Below, one piece after another: positions 28,416 through 40,700 of a stretch of 64,000 nt of DNA (its first letter is position 1; the number at the start of each line of letters is the position of its first letter). Below the pieces are notes generated by a model. It was not told the origin of the DNA, did no database searches, and saw only the letters and a list, made by a program, of their open reading frames with translations. The position numbers and the translations under genes were made by a program. The DNA lies in IMG/VR virus record IMGVR_UViG_3300041964_000083, positions 32,001 to 96,000 of that record. One strand, written 5' to 3'. The DNA comes from a virus.

Positions 28416-29018
28416 ATGGAGTTTAGAAAGCTTGTTCAACCCATAGCAGAAGCGATCGCGCTAACTTTTGATGCTCCTGTGGATGAAATTTTAACAGCTA
28501 ACCTTGATTCTGAAGGTATTGTGTTTGGACAACTTTTGTCTGAAGGTAAATTTTATTCTTATGCATCAAATGGTAATGAAGTTGTTACAAGCTACCACCA
28601 AGACGCAACTGATTATTTAGATGAATACGCAAAAGGTTTTTTAAATAATATAAATATTCATGTTGATTCATCAAATACTTATGATTACGCTTGTGGCTTC
28701 TTCCGAGTTGATGCACAAGTAAAATGTAGTCAAGGTAATCAACCTTGTGGAAATCGCTGTATTTCTAGAAAAAAGCGATGTCGTAAAAATATGAAAAACC
28801 CTGCTAAAAACGCGATGAGACAAGGACTTGTTAGTCTTAAAAATCCAGCTAATCAAGCATTTGGAGCAGCCGCAGGTATTGCAGGAACTGTAGGAACTGC
28901 TGTTTTAATGGGTGCGGGTATGGCTGCGGGTTCCGCACTTTACGAAAACAGAGAAACAATTATGCGAGATGTTCAATCAGGTATCGACAAAGCAAAGCAA
29001 CGTATTCAAGGCAAGTAA
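28416..29018 (+). CDS. Cys4-module protein, short
   Basis: Divergent domain A, RVDA, Cys4 at 28725, TM. Confidence 0.75.
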   Translation: MEFRKLVQPIAEAIALTFDAPVDEILTANLDSEGIVFGQLLSEGKFYSYASNGNEVVTSYHQDATDYLDEYAKGFLNNINIHVDSSNTYDYACGFFRVDAQVKCSQGNQPCGNRCISRKKRCRKNMKNPAKNAMRQGLVSLKNPANQAFGAAAGIAGTVGTAVLMGAGMAAGSALYENRETIMRDVQSGIDKAKQRIQGK

Positions 29019-29043
29019 GAATTACGAAAGGAAGGTTATTTAA

Positions 29044-30075
29044 ATGAACGACAGAGAAATTACACAACCAATTGCTGAAGCAATTACGCTAACATTTGAT
29101 GCTCCTGTTGATGCAGTATTAACCGCGAACCTAGATTCTGATGGTGTTTTGTTTGGTCAAATAATGTCCGGGGGAAACTTTTACTCATACATTGCCGATT
29201 CCGACACAATCACTACTTATTATCATCCCGAAGAAACTGAGTATCTAAACGAATACGCTCATGCCGTACTCGACAACATAGGTATTCATACTGATGCTTG
29301 GGAGACATACGATTATGCATTGGGGTTTTTCCGTGTTGATGCACAGATGAGATGCAAACCAGGAAACAAACCCTGTGGTAGGCGTTGTATCCCTCAGCAA
29401 ATGAAATGTAGAAGTGCAATGGGCGGTGGGGCGCAAGCAAAAATGCGACAAGGGCGTGCTAACTTACGCGCTCCTGGCGCAGGTGCAATTGCCGCTGGCG
29501 TTGTTGGTGCTGCGGCATTAGCTGCGGGTGGTGCTGCGGCTTATCAAAACAGAGAAGAGATTGCTAAAGGTGCAAAAAAAATTGGGCGACAGGTACAAAA
29601 AACCGCACTTGTAGCAAAGCGGGAAGTAGAAGGGAAAGCCGCAGAACTTGCTAGCAATGTCAACAAAGGTGTAGAGGTGGCTAAAGAAAACATTCAACAA
29701 GCTGCAAAGAAAACGGGTCAAGCGGCACGAATAGCTGGCAAGAAAGCGACACGCGCTGTAGAACGTACAAAAAAAGAAGTCGATAAAAATTACAAAGAAA
29801 CAAAAAAAGAAGTCGATAAGAAATACCATGAAACTCGTAAAGCGGCTATAAGAACAGCTAAAGAAGTAGGAGTCGCTGGCAAAAGACTTCAAAAACAAGC
29901 TGAACGGAAAGTAGCTGAAGTTACAAAAGGTGCTGAAAATACAGGTAAGAAGATTCAACAACAAGCACGCAAAAGCAAGAAGCGTGGTGAACGTTATGCT
30001 GCTGACCCAGAAAGAGTACAGAAAGTGGGTAAACGCTTAGGCGATCGCTGGGCAAGAAATATGGGAGCAAAATAA
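29044..30075 (+). CDS. Cys4-module protein with basic LEA-like helical tail
   Basis: Paralog of 28416; Cys4 at 29353; TM; TKKEVDK repeats. Confidence 0.75.
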   Translation: MNDREITQPIAEAITLTFDAPVDAVLTANLDSDGVLFGQIMSGGNFYSYIADSDTITTYYHPEETEYLNEYAHAVLDNIGIHTDAWETYDYALGFFRVDAQMRCKPGNKPCGRRCIPQQMKCRSAMGGGAQAKMRQGRANLRAPGAGAIAAGVVGAAALAAGGAAAYQNREEIAKGAKKIGRQVQKTALVAKREVEGKAAELASNVNKGVEVAKENIQQAAKKTGQAARIAGKKATRAVERTKKEVDKNYKETKKEVDKKYHETRKAAIRTAKEVGVAGKRLQKQAERKVAEVTKGAENTGKKIQQQARKSKKRGERYAADPERVQKVGKRLGDRWARNMGAK

Positions 30076-33000
30076 TGATTGCTGTTCGCTATGATCGTGC
30101 CAAACCTAATTGCAAAAAAGGTAAGCCTTGCGGTAGCGTTTGCATTCCGCAAAAAGCTAAATGTCGTAAAGAATCTCCACAAGAAACTAATACAGGTGGG
30201 GATGGCGCAATCAAAGCAGCGGGCTGGGCAGTTGCGGCTGCCGCAACTGCCGCATTAATTGGTGTGCCTGTAGCCACTTACGCTGGTGTGCGATCGCGTT
30301 ATCGAGAAGGGTTTAAAGAATCTGCCAAAATGGCACAGTCAATGGCAAAGGATATAGAACCTATCAATGTAAAGGAAAAACAGCACTCTGTTGTATTTTG
30401 TGTTGGTGGAATGGACTATGGGCATGAAAACACTAATCCTAATATTAGTGGCAGAATAATTTCTTTAGCCGTTAATAAGTCTTTATCCCAAAAAGATAAA
30501 GGACTAAAGACAATTCCTATTTCTACACAAGGTAGTAATTTAGATAAGAAAGAGAAACCAGAAGGTATTCATCAATTTGTTGCTGATGGATTTAAGCGAA
30601 CTGTTTACAAAAATGTGGTAGAGCAAGGTAGAAATAAAGCTGCGGTAAGGCTTGCTGCACAGGCGATCGCGTATCACGATAAATACCCAGATAAGCAAAT
30701 CGTCATGTTTGGTACTTCTATGGGTGGGATGATTGTCAATGAAGCACAGGAGATACTAAAACAAGCCAAACCGTCTATGAAGAGCAAGCTTAAGTCAATG
30801 ACGGTTGGAACTCCTTATTTTGGGCTAACTGAGCCTTGGGGAGAAACGACAGAGATTGCTGCACACGAAGACAAATTTACAACCGTTTTACCGACGCGAT
30901 CAAAGACTAAGTTATTTAATCTCAAGCACGTAAACACTAAATCTACGGATGTGCTTCATGGACATTTGTTAAGTGATTATTTTCAGTCAGATGAGGTGAA
31001 AAAACATTTATCAGATTTTATTTATAAAGATGTTAAAACAACTAAAAATACCAAAAAAGACTCAGCTAACGAACCTAAATGTCGGACAGGACAACCATGT
31101 GGGGAGATTTGCATACCTAAAACACATAAATGCAGAATAGGTTCTTATTCTCCTGCAAAAAAAGCAAAAGTTGAAGCTGTAAAAAGAAAACGACGACAAG
31201 TCGCATTAATGAAATTTTCTGCCGCAATAGGCGTACTTGTGGCATTTGAAGCTGCGGTTGTTGCCACGAATTACGCAATTGACAGAAGGAATGAGCAAAC
31301 AATAGCTGAAGAAAAAGAGGTTAAAGACGATTTTCAATCAGATGTCGACAATTTTGTAGATTTTCGTTCCGAAATGAGAGATAAGGCTCGATCATGGGGT
31401 GTTGGTCGAGGATATACGGATATTGAGCTTGTAGATGATTGGTATTGGGGCTTTCCTCCTACAGGGTATATGCAAGAACCTATTCAAAGTGAAAACCAAG
31501 AACTAGAACAAGTTAAAAAATCACTACAAGACATGGAAAAGAAGTGGCGCGATCGCGCTAACGTTGAGCATTTTAACAATATCCCTGATACAGCGCATAG
31601 CAAGAATAGAAAAAAAGCTACTACAGATTCTATTGCTGTCACCAATCCACATTATCAAAAACTTATATTTCAATTAAAAACTATTCTAAATCGTGTTTAT
31701 ACAGATGGTATTGATCATTTTATAAAAGTAGAAGTTGATAAGGCTAATACTATAACTGGGTTATTCAGAGATGGTACAAAAATATTAGAGTTTACGATTA
31801 AAGGTAACGACATTACTTATAAAAAAGCAGGATTTAAAAACAAAAAAGACTCAACTTATTATGATTCTTTGGCATTAGAGTTAACGTTACGTAGTGATGC
31901 GATCAAGAAAAAAGATAAATGCGTAAAGGGTATATCTTGTGGGGCAGCTTGTGTTGCTTCTAATAAATCATGTCGATTGAAAGCTAACGCGATCGCGTCA
32001 TTTGGGGAACTGGCTCAACTAAGAACTACGGCTGCTCAAGTTGGTGGTGGAACTGCACCAACACCCGTAGCCGATCAAGACACATATGAAACGAACCCAG
32101 ATACTGGACAACCCTACACTATTCGAGAGCTAAAGAAAAAAGCATCAGAAAAAGGAGTATATCGTTACTCTGAAATGACAAGTGATCAGCTTAAAGAGGC
32201 GTTAAGGGCAACAGATAAAGACCCTGACCAACAAGAAAGGCTAGGGAAAACTCTAACTAGAGAGCGATCACTTACTGGGCGTGCCCAACGCGCTGGTTTA
32301 ATTGGCAAAACTAAACCTGAAAAGCAATTTGTTCAATGGACGCGGGAATGGAACAAGATTTCTAAGTTTGCTGATTATGTCGGCAAAGCGCCACTAGGTT
32401 GGGGGATGACAGCAACTGCTGCATTCTTGGCGGGTACAGCAGTTCGTACTTATGAGCAAGCTAAAGACCACTATCGACAAGGTTTGAATGACTCAGCACG
32501 AGCCGCTGAAGCGCGTGCCGTTGGAATGGATACGAGTCGCGTTAGCAAAGAAAATATTGCATTTGTGGTTGGCGGTTTTAATGGGTTAGGGCATTCATCT
32601 CAGAAGATGCGCGAACTATTGGAAGAAGACCCTCAGCTAACTGATAAAAATCATTATGTGCAATTTGATTTAAAAGAAACCGATGTTCCTCCTTACGACG
32701 GTAACAAGCGTAACCCCGATGGTTCTTATAGTTTGGGTTATTTAGGGTATGTTGCAACTAGAGGTGTAGGGCAATTTGCTAAAGATTTGACCAGACAGCG
32801 TAACGATGATGCTGTAGAACTAGCCGCCCAAATTTATGCTCATGCGGTACGACGCAATGCGACCAATTATCAGATGGCGCATAAAGACAAAAGCTTCAAC
32901 ATCGTGTCGCATTCGGTAGGTGGCGAAGTCGTGAACCAAGCAATGGATATCCTATCCAAAATGAAAGCGGTAGGGGGGAAGAGTTCACCTACAGGGAAGG

Positions 33001-34724
33001 AGGTACTAGAGCGAGTTAATATTGTTCACCTATCCGCTCCCGATACGGGGTTTACTGAAAACCTTCCAGGTAACTACCGCAATATTACTTCTGGGCAAGA
33101 CCCTTTTTCTTGGATGCCCAAACGTCGAGAAAAGTGGGTAAGTACGGTTAAAGGGAATGAGCCTGAAGATTATATTCGTGACCCAGAGGTGCGAGAACAG
33201 ATTCGTCAAGGGTTTGGCTATTACGATATCAGTGCTAAACAACGGGAACGTAGCGAGAAGACGCGATCGCGCAAGAAGAAAGAACCGAGTGCAGCTAAAT
33301 CAAAACCGAAGCCTAAACCTAAAGCAAAATCTCAAGGCACAGAACAGAAAACAGATGCTTACTGGGAAGCATTTAATGCGGTTCGCTTAGATGCAGCTCG
33401 AAAAAAAGCTAAATGTAAAACAGGTAAACCTTGTAAGGATGTCTGCATACCCAAAAACGCTATTTGCCGCGATGACGTGATTAAACGGGTAAAAATAGGT
33501 GCGGAAATTACAGGTAAAGGGTTATTGGCTGCTGCTGGTGTAGGACTAGCGGTAGGTGCTGCTAGTATTTTGTCACCTGGAGGTGGACTCCCCATGCCAG
33601 GGAAACCACCCAAAATTGATATTAAAGCACCTGTAGTTGATAAACAAGCTCAGAAAGAAAGATCAGAGCAAATACGTAAACAAGGCGAAGAAATTGGGCA
33701 GCAGGTTAAAGAAGGGTTAGAGAAAACACGACAGCGTTTTGAAGATGAGCGCAAAGCAAGACGAGAAGAGGAAAAAGTGGAACGGGAACGCAAAAAAACC
33801 GAAAGTAGAGCGCAACGACAAAAGGAACAAGAAGAAGCTTGGAACAAAATTCAAGCTAAAAGAAGACAAGCCATTGCCACCAACAAACAGGTAATTGATG
33901 AAAATTTCGATGATTGGGTTGATCGAGCTTCAGCTAATACACTGGATTTAACACCCGAAGAACGCGCAAAAAAAAGTGAAGCTGGCGATCGTTTCCTTAA
34001 TGGAAAAGGTATGGGGGCTATCGCTGGTGGTAGTTATAGCGAATTTTTGTTACTACAAAACCATGTAGCTAAATCTAGTCCAGAAGAAGCTTACAAAGCG
34101 TGGAAGCAAGAAATGGGGTTAACCAAAGAACAACTACAAGAAAAAGTTATTTCTAGGTATGCTCCTGATGACGAACTTGAAATGCAGCACGATGATATTG
34201 ACAAGGGAGAAGGCACAAAAGAAGAAAAAACGTTTTCTAAGCAGCTTGCTACAACACGTCACAACAACAAAGTAGCAGCATACAAAAAAATTGCCGAAAA
34301 AATGGCTAATGATGTTGACTTAGTAAACCCAAGGCAACGCAAGTCCGAATTTGAAATGTCAGCAAAAATGGCAGGTGCAGCTAAAGATTTAGTTGGTGGA
34401 ATGAATAAGACATTGCGGGATATTGAAGACTGGGATATAGGCAAAGATTTTGATAAGGTATTTAACCAATTTAAAGATAGATTTAAATCTAACTTTGGTG
34501 AAGGTAATACCCGATCACGTAGTACCAAAACATTTGCTGGTAATGATTGGTGGGATGCACTAGAAGTTAAGCAAGCTTCTACGGAACCAGAAGTTAAACA
34601 AGCATTTAAGAAAAAAGCTAGACAATACCATCCAGATATTAATAAAGCGCCAGAAGCTGAAGAACAAATGAAAGAAATTGTCAACGCTTACGAACTTTGG
34701 CAGCACCATAACAAGCGCAAATAG
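30075..34724 (+). CDS. Four-module Cys4 polyprotein (hydrolase, unknown, hydrolase, J-domain)
   Basis: Cys4 at 30111, 31080, 31920, 33414; GTSMGG; SHSVGG; C-terminal YHPD J-domain. Confidence 0.8.
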   Translation: MIAVRYDRAKPNCKKGKPCGSVCIPQKAKCRKESPQETNTGGDGAIKAAGWAVAAAATAALIGVPVATYAGVRSRYREGFKESAKMAQSMAKDIEPINVKEKQHSVVFCVGGMDYGHENTNPNISGRIISLAVNKSLSQKDKGLKTIPISTQGSNLDKKEKPEGIHQFVADGFKRTVYKNVVEQGRNKAAVRLAAQAIAYHDKYPDKQIVMFGTSMGGMIVNEAQEILKQAKPSMKSKLKSMTVGTPYFGLTEPWGETTEIAAHEDKFTTVLPTRSKTKLFNLKHVNTKSTDVLHGHLLSDYFQSDEVKKHLSDFIYKDVKTTKNTKKDSANEPKCRTGQPCGEICIPKTHKCRIGSYSPAKKAKVEAVKRKRRQVALMKFSAAIGVLVAFEAAVVATNYAIDRRNEQTIAEEKEVKDDFQSDVDNFVDFRSEMRDKARSWGVGRGYTDIELVDDWYWGFPPTGYMQEPIQSENQELEQVKKSLQDMEKKWRDRANVEHFNNIPDTAHSKNRKKATTDSIAVTNPHYQKLIFQLKTILNRVYTDGIDHFIKVEVDKANTITGLFRDGTKILEFTIKGNDITYKKAGFKNKKDSTYYDSLALELTLRSDAIKKKDKCVKGISCGAACVASNKSCRLKANAIASFGELAQLRTTAAQVGGGTAPTPVADQDTYETNPDTGQPYTIRELKKKASEKGVYRYSEMTSDQLKEALRATDKDPDQQERLGKTLTRERSLTGRAQRAGLIGKTKPEKQFVQWTREWNKISKFADYVGKAPLGWGMTATAAFLAGTAVRTYEQAKDHYRQGLNDSARAAEARAVGMDTSRVSKENIAFVVGGFNGLGHSSQKMRELLEEDPQLTDKNHYVQFDLKETDVPPYDGNKRNPDGSYSLGYLGYVATRGVGQFAKDLTRQRNDDAVELAAQIYAHAVRRNATNYQMAHKDKSFNIVSHSVGGEVVNQAMDILSKMKAVGGKSSPTGKEVLERVNIVHLSAPDTGFTENLPGNYRNITSGQDPFSWMPKRREKWVSTVKGNEPEDYIRDPEVREQIRQGFGYYDISAKQRERSEKTRSRKKKEPSAAKSKPKPKPKAKSQGTEQKTDAYWEAFNAVRLDAARKKAKCKTGKPCKDVCIPKNAICRDDVIKRVKIGAEITGKGLLAAAGVGLAVGAASILSPGGGLPMPGKPPKIDIKAPVVDKQAQKERSEQIRKQGEEIGQQVKEGLEKTRQRFEDERKARREEEKVERERKKTESRAQRQKEQEEAWNKIQAKRRQAIATNKQVIDENFDDWVDRASANTLDLTPEERAKKSEAGDRFLNGKGMGAIAGGSYSEFLLLQNHVAKSSPEEAYKAWKQEMGLTKEQLQEKVISRYAPDDELEMQHDDIDKGEGTKEEKTFSKQLATTRHNNKVAAYKKIAEKMANDVDLVNPRQRKSEFEMSAKMAGAAKDLVGGMNKTLRDIEDWDIGKDFDKVFNQFKDRFKSNFGEGNTRSRSTKTFAGNDWWDALEVKQASTEPEVKQAFKKKARQYHPDINKAPEAEEQMKEIVNAYELWQHHNKRK

Positions 34725-37700
34725 ATGCCAGCAACTAACAACGCGGTTCAAATTGTCATTAGTGCCACCGACAACGCCAGTGGTGTTATTTCCAACATTC
34801 AATCAAGCCTGAGTGGTTTATCAAAGCTTGTTTCTCAACCACTACAGACGGCATTATTAAATCTTAACCGTGTTACCAACTCTGTTTCTCAAGATATTGT
34901 CGATAAAGTTGGCGCAATTGGCAAATCATTCAACCAAGTTTTTAGCAATATAGCCAGCCCAGTCTCCTTTCCTCTGAGTGGGTTGACGCGATCGCTTGAT
35001 GAAATTCCGGGTTTATTCACATCAGCCTTCACTCGTGGTAGTCAAGCTGCAACCATAGCAATTCAGGATATTGGTGGAGTAGACACAAGGGATTTAAATC
35101 AGTCTCTTGGTGAAGTACCTAAACTATTTAACTCCACATTCACTCGTGGTGCTCAAGCTGCAAACAATGCGCTTAAAGAGATTGGTGGATTAGATGTAGG
35201 TGAGCTAAATCAATCTTTAGCAGGTGTACCACAACTATTCAACTCTACATTTATTCGCGGTAGTCAGGCAGCTAATAGCGCACTCCAGAATATTGGCGGT
35301 ATTGATACAGGCAAATTAACTCAATCCCTTGATAGAGTTCCACAACTATTCAACTCGACTTTCATTCGCAGCACTCAATCAGCTCAAAACGCGCTTAAAA
35401 GTATTGGTAGTGTTAATACCAGTGGATTGAGCCAGTCTTTAGGTGAAGTTCCAGCTTTGTTCGCTTCGGCATTTAATCGTAGCGGTCAGGTGGCAAACAA
35501 TGCTCTCCAGAATATTGGCAAATTAAATACTGGTGAACTATCTCAATCATTAGCCGAAGTTCCCAAACTATTTAACTCAACATTTACGCGCAGCAGTCAA
35601 GTAGCTCAGAATGCGCTACGGGATATTGGTGGAATAGAGACTGATGGATTGACGCGATCGCTAAATGAAATTCCAACCTTATTTGCAGCAACATTTACTC
35701 GCAGCGCTCAGTCGGCGCAAAAAGTCATTCAATCGATTGGTGGTGTAGAAACAAACCAGATAACACAGTCTTTAGCTGAAGTTCCAGGTTTATTCACATC
35801 AGCATTTACTCGTGGTACTAACGCTGCAACAAATGCTCTCCAATCGATGGGAGAATTAAATACTGAGGGACTAACTCAATCTCTGGATGAAGTACCGCAG
35901 CTTTTCAATTCAGCGTTTACCCGTGGAAGTCAGGCTGCAACTACAGCTCTTGGGTCAATTAATGGAATTGATACAGACAAACTAGACCAATCACTAAGTG
36001 AAGTACCAAGTTTATTTGCTAGGGTATTTAACCAAAGCAATCAGATTGCTCAAAACAATCTTGAATCGATTGGTGGAGTGGACACAAGGGAAATAACCCA
36101 ATCATTAGCTGAAGTTCCAACCTTATTCACATCAGCATTTAGTCGTGGAGAGCAGGTAGCACAAAATGCTTTTAAAGGTATTGGAAATATTAATACGGGT
36201 GAATTAAAGCAATCCTTAAACGAGATACCGAGTTTATTTAATTCAACATTTACTCGTAGCGCACAATTAGCACAGAACAAACTCAAAGATTTCGATGGTA
36301 TAAATACTGGCAAATTAACGCAATCGCTAAGTGAGGTTCCACAGCTTTTTAGTTCAACTTTTAATCGAAGTAGCCAAGTTGCCCAAAATGCTCTCCAGAA
36401 CATTGGCGACGTTAATACTGACGGATTAGCTCAATCATTGGGTGAAGTGCCGCGTTTATTTACTTCATTTTTTACCCGTGGTACTCAAACTGCTCAGAAT
36501 GCGCTTCAAAACATTGGTGATATTGATGCTAGTGAGCTAACGCGATCGCTAGACAAGATTCCAAGTTTATTCACAACCACATTCACCCGTAGTAGCCAAG
36601 TAGCAAAAAATGCGCTTCAAAACATTGGAGAAATAGATACGGGTAAATTAATCCAATCAATTGATGAGGTACCAAGCTTACTCGTATCAACATTTACTCG
36701 TGGTAGTCAAGCGGTTAACAACGCACTTCAAAATATTGATGGAATCGATACCGACAAACTAACTCAGTCTTTGTCAGAAGTACCAGCTTTGTTTACTTCA
36801 ACATTCAATCAGGGGAGTCGTGCAGCTACTAATGCTCTTCAGGCGATTGGTGGCATAGACACTGGAGGGTTAACTGAATCTCTTGGTGAAGTACCTCAAT
36901 TGTTTAATTCGGCATTTACTCGTGGTAAGCAATCGGCAAATAATGCCATTCAGGGTATTGGTGAATTAAGCACGGATAAACTTAATCAATCACTAGAAGA
37001 AATACCGCGACTATTTGGCACAACATTTACTCGTAGTAGGCAAGTTGCGGACAATGCTTTTCAAAATATTGATGGGATAAACACTGGTAAATTAGATCAG
37101 TCTTTAAATCAAATACTTAAACTTTTCACATCAACATTTAATCAAAGCAGTCAGGCTGCAACCAATGCTTTACAGAAAATTGGTGGAGTAGATACCGACA
37201 AACTAACTCAATCAATCAACGAAGTTCCCCAATTATTAGGCTCTTCATTTACTCGTGGCAGTCAAGCGGCAACTACGGCACTTCAGAATATTGGTAAGCT
37301 TGACACAGGCAGACTTACTCAATCTTTAGGCGAAATACCCGCTTTATTTAATTCAGCGTTTACTCGTGGTGGTCAAGTAGCACAAAATGCACTTGCAAGT
37401 GTTGATGGTATTGACACGAGTAGATTAACCCAATCATTGAGTGGTGTTCCACAACTATTCAACTCAGCATTTGATCGTAGCAGTCAAGCCGCAACCACCG
37501 CGCTTCAGAATATCGGTGAATTAAATACAAGCGGTTTAACCCAATCTCTTGGTGAGATTCCGACACTTTTTAATTCAGCGTTCACCCGTGGTTCGCAATC
37601 AGCTCAAAATGCTCTTCAGGACATTGGTGGTGTTGTCGATACAAGCGAACTTACTCAATCGCTGAGTGAAGTTCCACAAATTTTTAACTCAACATTCGCT

Positions 37701-40700
37701 CGTAGTAGTCAAGTTGCACAGAACGCCATACAGTCAATCGGGGAAGTCGATACGGGTGCGCTAAGTCAATCTTTGGGTGAAATACCGAGTTTATTTGCAT
37801 CAACATTTAATCGTAGTCGCCAAACGGCTTCAGATGCGCTTAAAGATATTGGAGGAGTAAACACCGACGAATTAAATCAATCGCTAGGCAAAATTCCGCA
37901 ACTCTTTAACTCGGCATTTAGTCGAGGTAGTCAGGTTGCCACAGATTCACTTCAAACCGTGGGTGAATTGAACACCGACGAATTAACGCGATCGCTAGCC
38001 GAAATACCTGATTTATTTAACTCGACCTTCACCCGTAGTCGTCAGTCAGCTCAAACTGCCTTACAGTCAATTGGTGGTATTGATACTGGAGAACTAAGCC
38101 AGTCTGTCAATAGTATCCCACCGCTCTTTACTTCAGCGTTTGATAAAGGCAGTCAAGCCGCAGAAAATGCACTTCAAGATATTGGTGGGGTAGATGCCCG
38201 TAAGTTGACACAATCTTTAGAAGATGTTCCGGGTTTATTCGCCTCGACATTTAATCGGAGCGCTCAAGCAGCACAGAACGCTCTCCAGAGCATCGGTGAA
38301 TTAAATACAAGTGGTTTAACTCAATCATTGAGTGAGGTTCCAGTTTTATTTAATTTGGCATTCACCCGTAGTAGTCAGGCTGCAAGCAACGCTCTTCAGG
38401 GTATCGACAAACTTGACACAAAGCGTTTAAGCCAATCACTAGACGAGATTCCTCAACTATTTACATCGACATTTACTCGTGGTAATCAAGTTGCTCAAGA
38501 TGCACTTCAGAATATTGATGGCGTCAATACAGATAACCTAAAGCAGTCGCTAAATGAAGTCCCAAGTTTATTTACATCAGTATTTAATCGTAGCCGTTCA
38601 GTTGCCACCAATACCCTTCGATCAATTGGTGGAGTAGATACTAGTGAATTAACGCGATCGCTAAGTGGAATACCTCAATTCTTCACTTCAGCATTTACCC
38701 GTGGTGTTCAGATAGCACAAAATACCTTTCAGAGTATTGGCGAACTTGACACTGGTGAATTGAATCAGTCTCTGAGTGAGATTCCTCAATTATTTAACTC
38801 CGCATTCACCCGTGGTAACCAATCTGCTACCAACGCTCTTCAGAATATTGGTAATGTAGACACTAGCGGACTGACTCAATCACTGACTGAAGTCCCGCAG
38901 ATTCTCAACTCAGCATTCACTCGCGGCAGTCAATCAGCAAACAGCGCACTCCAAGATATTGGTGGTGTTAATACAGATGAACTAACGCAATCGCTGAATG
39001 AAGTACCTCAACTCTTTAGCTCTACGTTTAATCGCGGCACTCAAGCCGCAACTAATGCTCTTCAAAACATTGGTGAACTCAATACAAGTGGTTTAACTCA
39101 AGCGCTAGGCGAGGTTCTAACTTTATTTAATTCAGCTTTCACTCGTGGTAGTCAGGCGGCAAACAGCGCACTTCAGTCCATTGATGATATCGACACGGGT
39201 AACTTAAATCGGTCTTTGGCTGAAATCCCTCAGTTATTCACTTCAACATTTAATCGGGGTACTCAAGCTGCGCGGAATGCTCTACAGTCAATTGATGGAG
39301 TAGATACAAATCAGCTGGGTCAATCTCTAAGTGAGGTTCCTCAGCTATTTACGTCGGCATTTACCCGTGGGGGTCAAGCAGCACAAGATACGATCGCGTC
39401 CGTGTTTTCAGATATCCCCGCAGATGTATCAACGCTGTTTAGTGATATATCGAATCGCGCTAAAACTTCGGTTGATAGTTTATTTCAAGGAATTGCACCA
39501 GATACTGGAAAACTTAATGCCGCAATTAAGCCTATTGGCAATGCTATACCAGATTCGCTAAAACCTGGAATTGCATCTGCACGGCAAACTTTTGCAAGCT
39601 TTTTTCAATCAATCCCTAATCAAGTTGATGATTGGCTTGCAGCACTACCTACATCATTAGGTAATGCTGTTAACAGTGCAGTTGACAGCATTGCATTAAA
39701 TTTTGATGGATTGACGCGATCGCTTACCGATGGTCTATCCGATGCCTTTGGTGGTGCGGCTCTAGGGATTGGTGATATTGGTGCTGGATTAAACCCTTTT
39801 GCAGGATTAGCATCTGGGATTAGCGGTGCTGCCACTGGATTAGATAAAGTCGGAACATCTATTAGTAGCGCGATCACATCTGGCTTTACCAAAGCCAATA
39901 CTCAAGTAGATGGATTTTTCACTGGAATTACAAACCGAGTACCCAATCTTCTATCGGGTTTACCCCAAGCTATTTTAGCTCAATTAGATACGTCTGTTAA
40001 AGCACTCACTCCTGATTTAAGCGGTATTCAAGCATCGTTTGGTCGAATTAGCGATGCATTTGCCATCGGATTTGAACCAGGAATCGCCGCAGCACAAGAA
40101 GAAGTTGAAACATTTTTCCGAGAAATTGCTCAAAATGCACCCGAATGGATGCGGGATTTACCGCAGTCAATTACAAATACATTCGATAGTGCATTTAATT
40201 CAATAAACCTTGGACAAGCCTCGTCAAACTTTTTAGAGTTTGGTGAAAATGTATTTTCTGTATTTGACAGTATTGGAGACGCAATCAATGATACTGGTAA
40301 TTTAATCCGAAATCTTGACACTATTTTCCAGACAACTCTAGGCACTAGTCTGGGTGACTTGGTTAAGAAACAAATTGAAGACCTTAACGATGATATGGGT
40401 AAGGTTTTTGATGACGGACAAATATTAATACCATTGTCAACAACATTAGGTGAGCTTGCTAAAACAGGTACACCCGCAGGTGCTAGCTTCTTCTCTGGGT
40501 TTTTTGGAGCTTTTGGTGAAGAATTTGCTAGTTTCTTTCCTACATTCACAAGTCTTATTTCAAAAGGAATAAGCAGTGTTACAGGGCTGATTCCATCTTT
40601 ATTCGGTTCAATTTCGTCGTTAATACCTAGTACCCTTAAAACGGCATTTTCTTCTGTAACAGCAACCGCAGGGTCAGCTTTCACTTCCATTTCGGCATTA

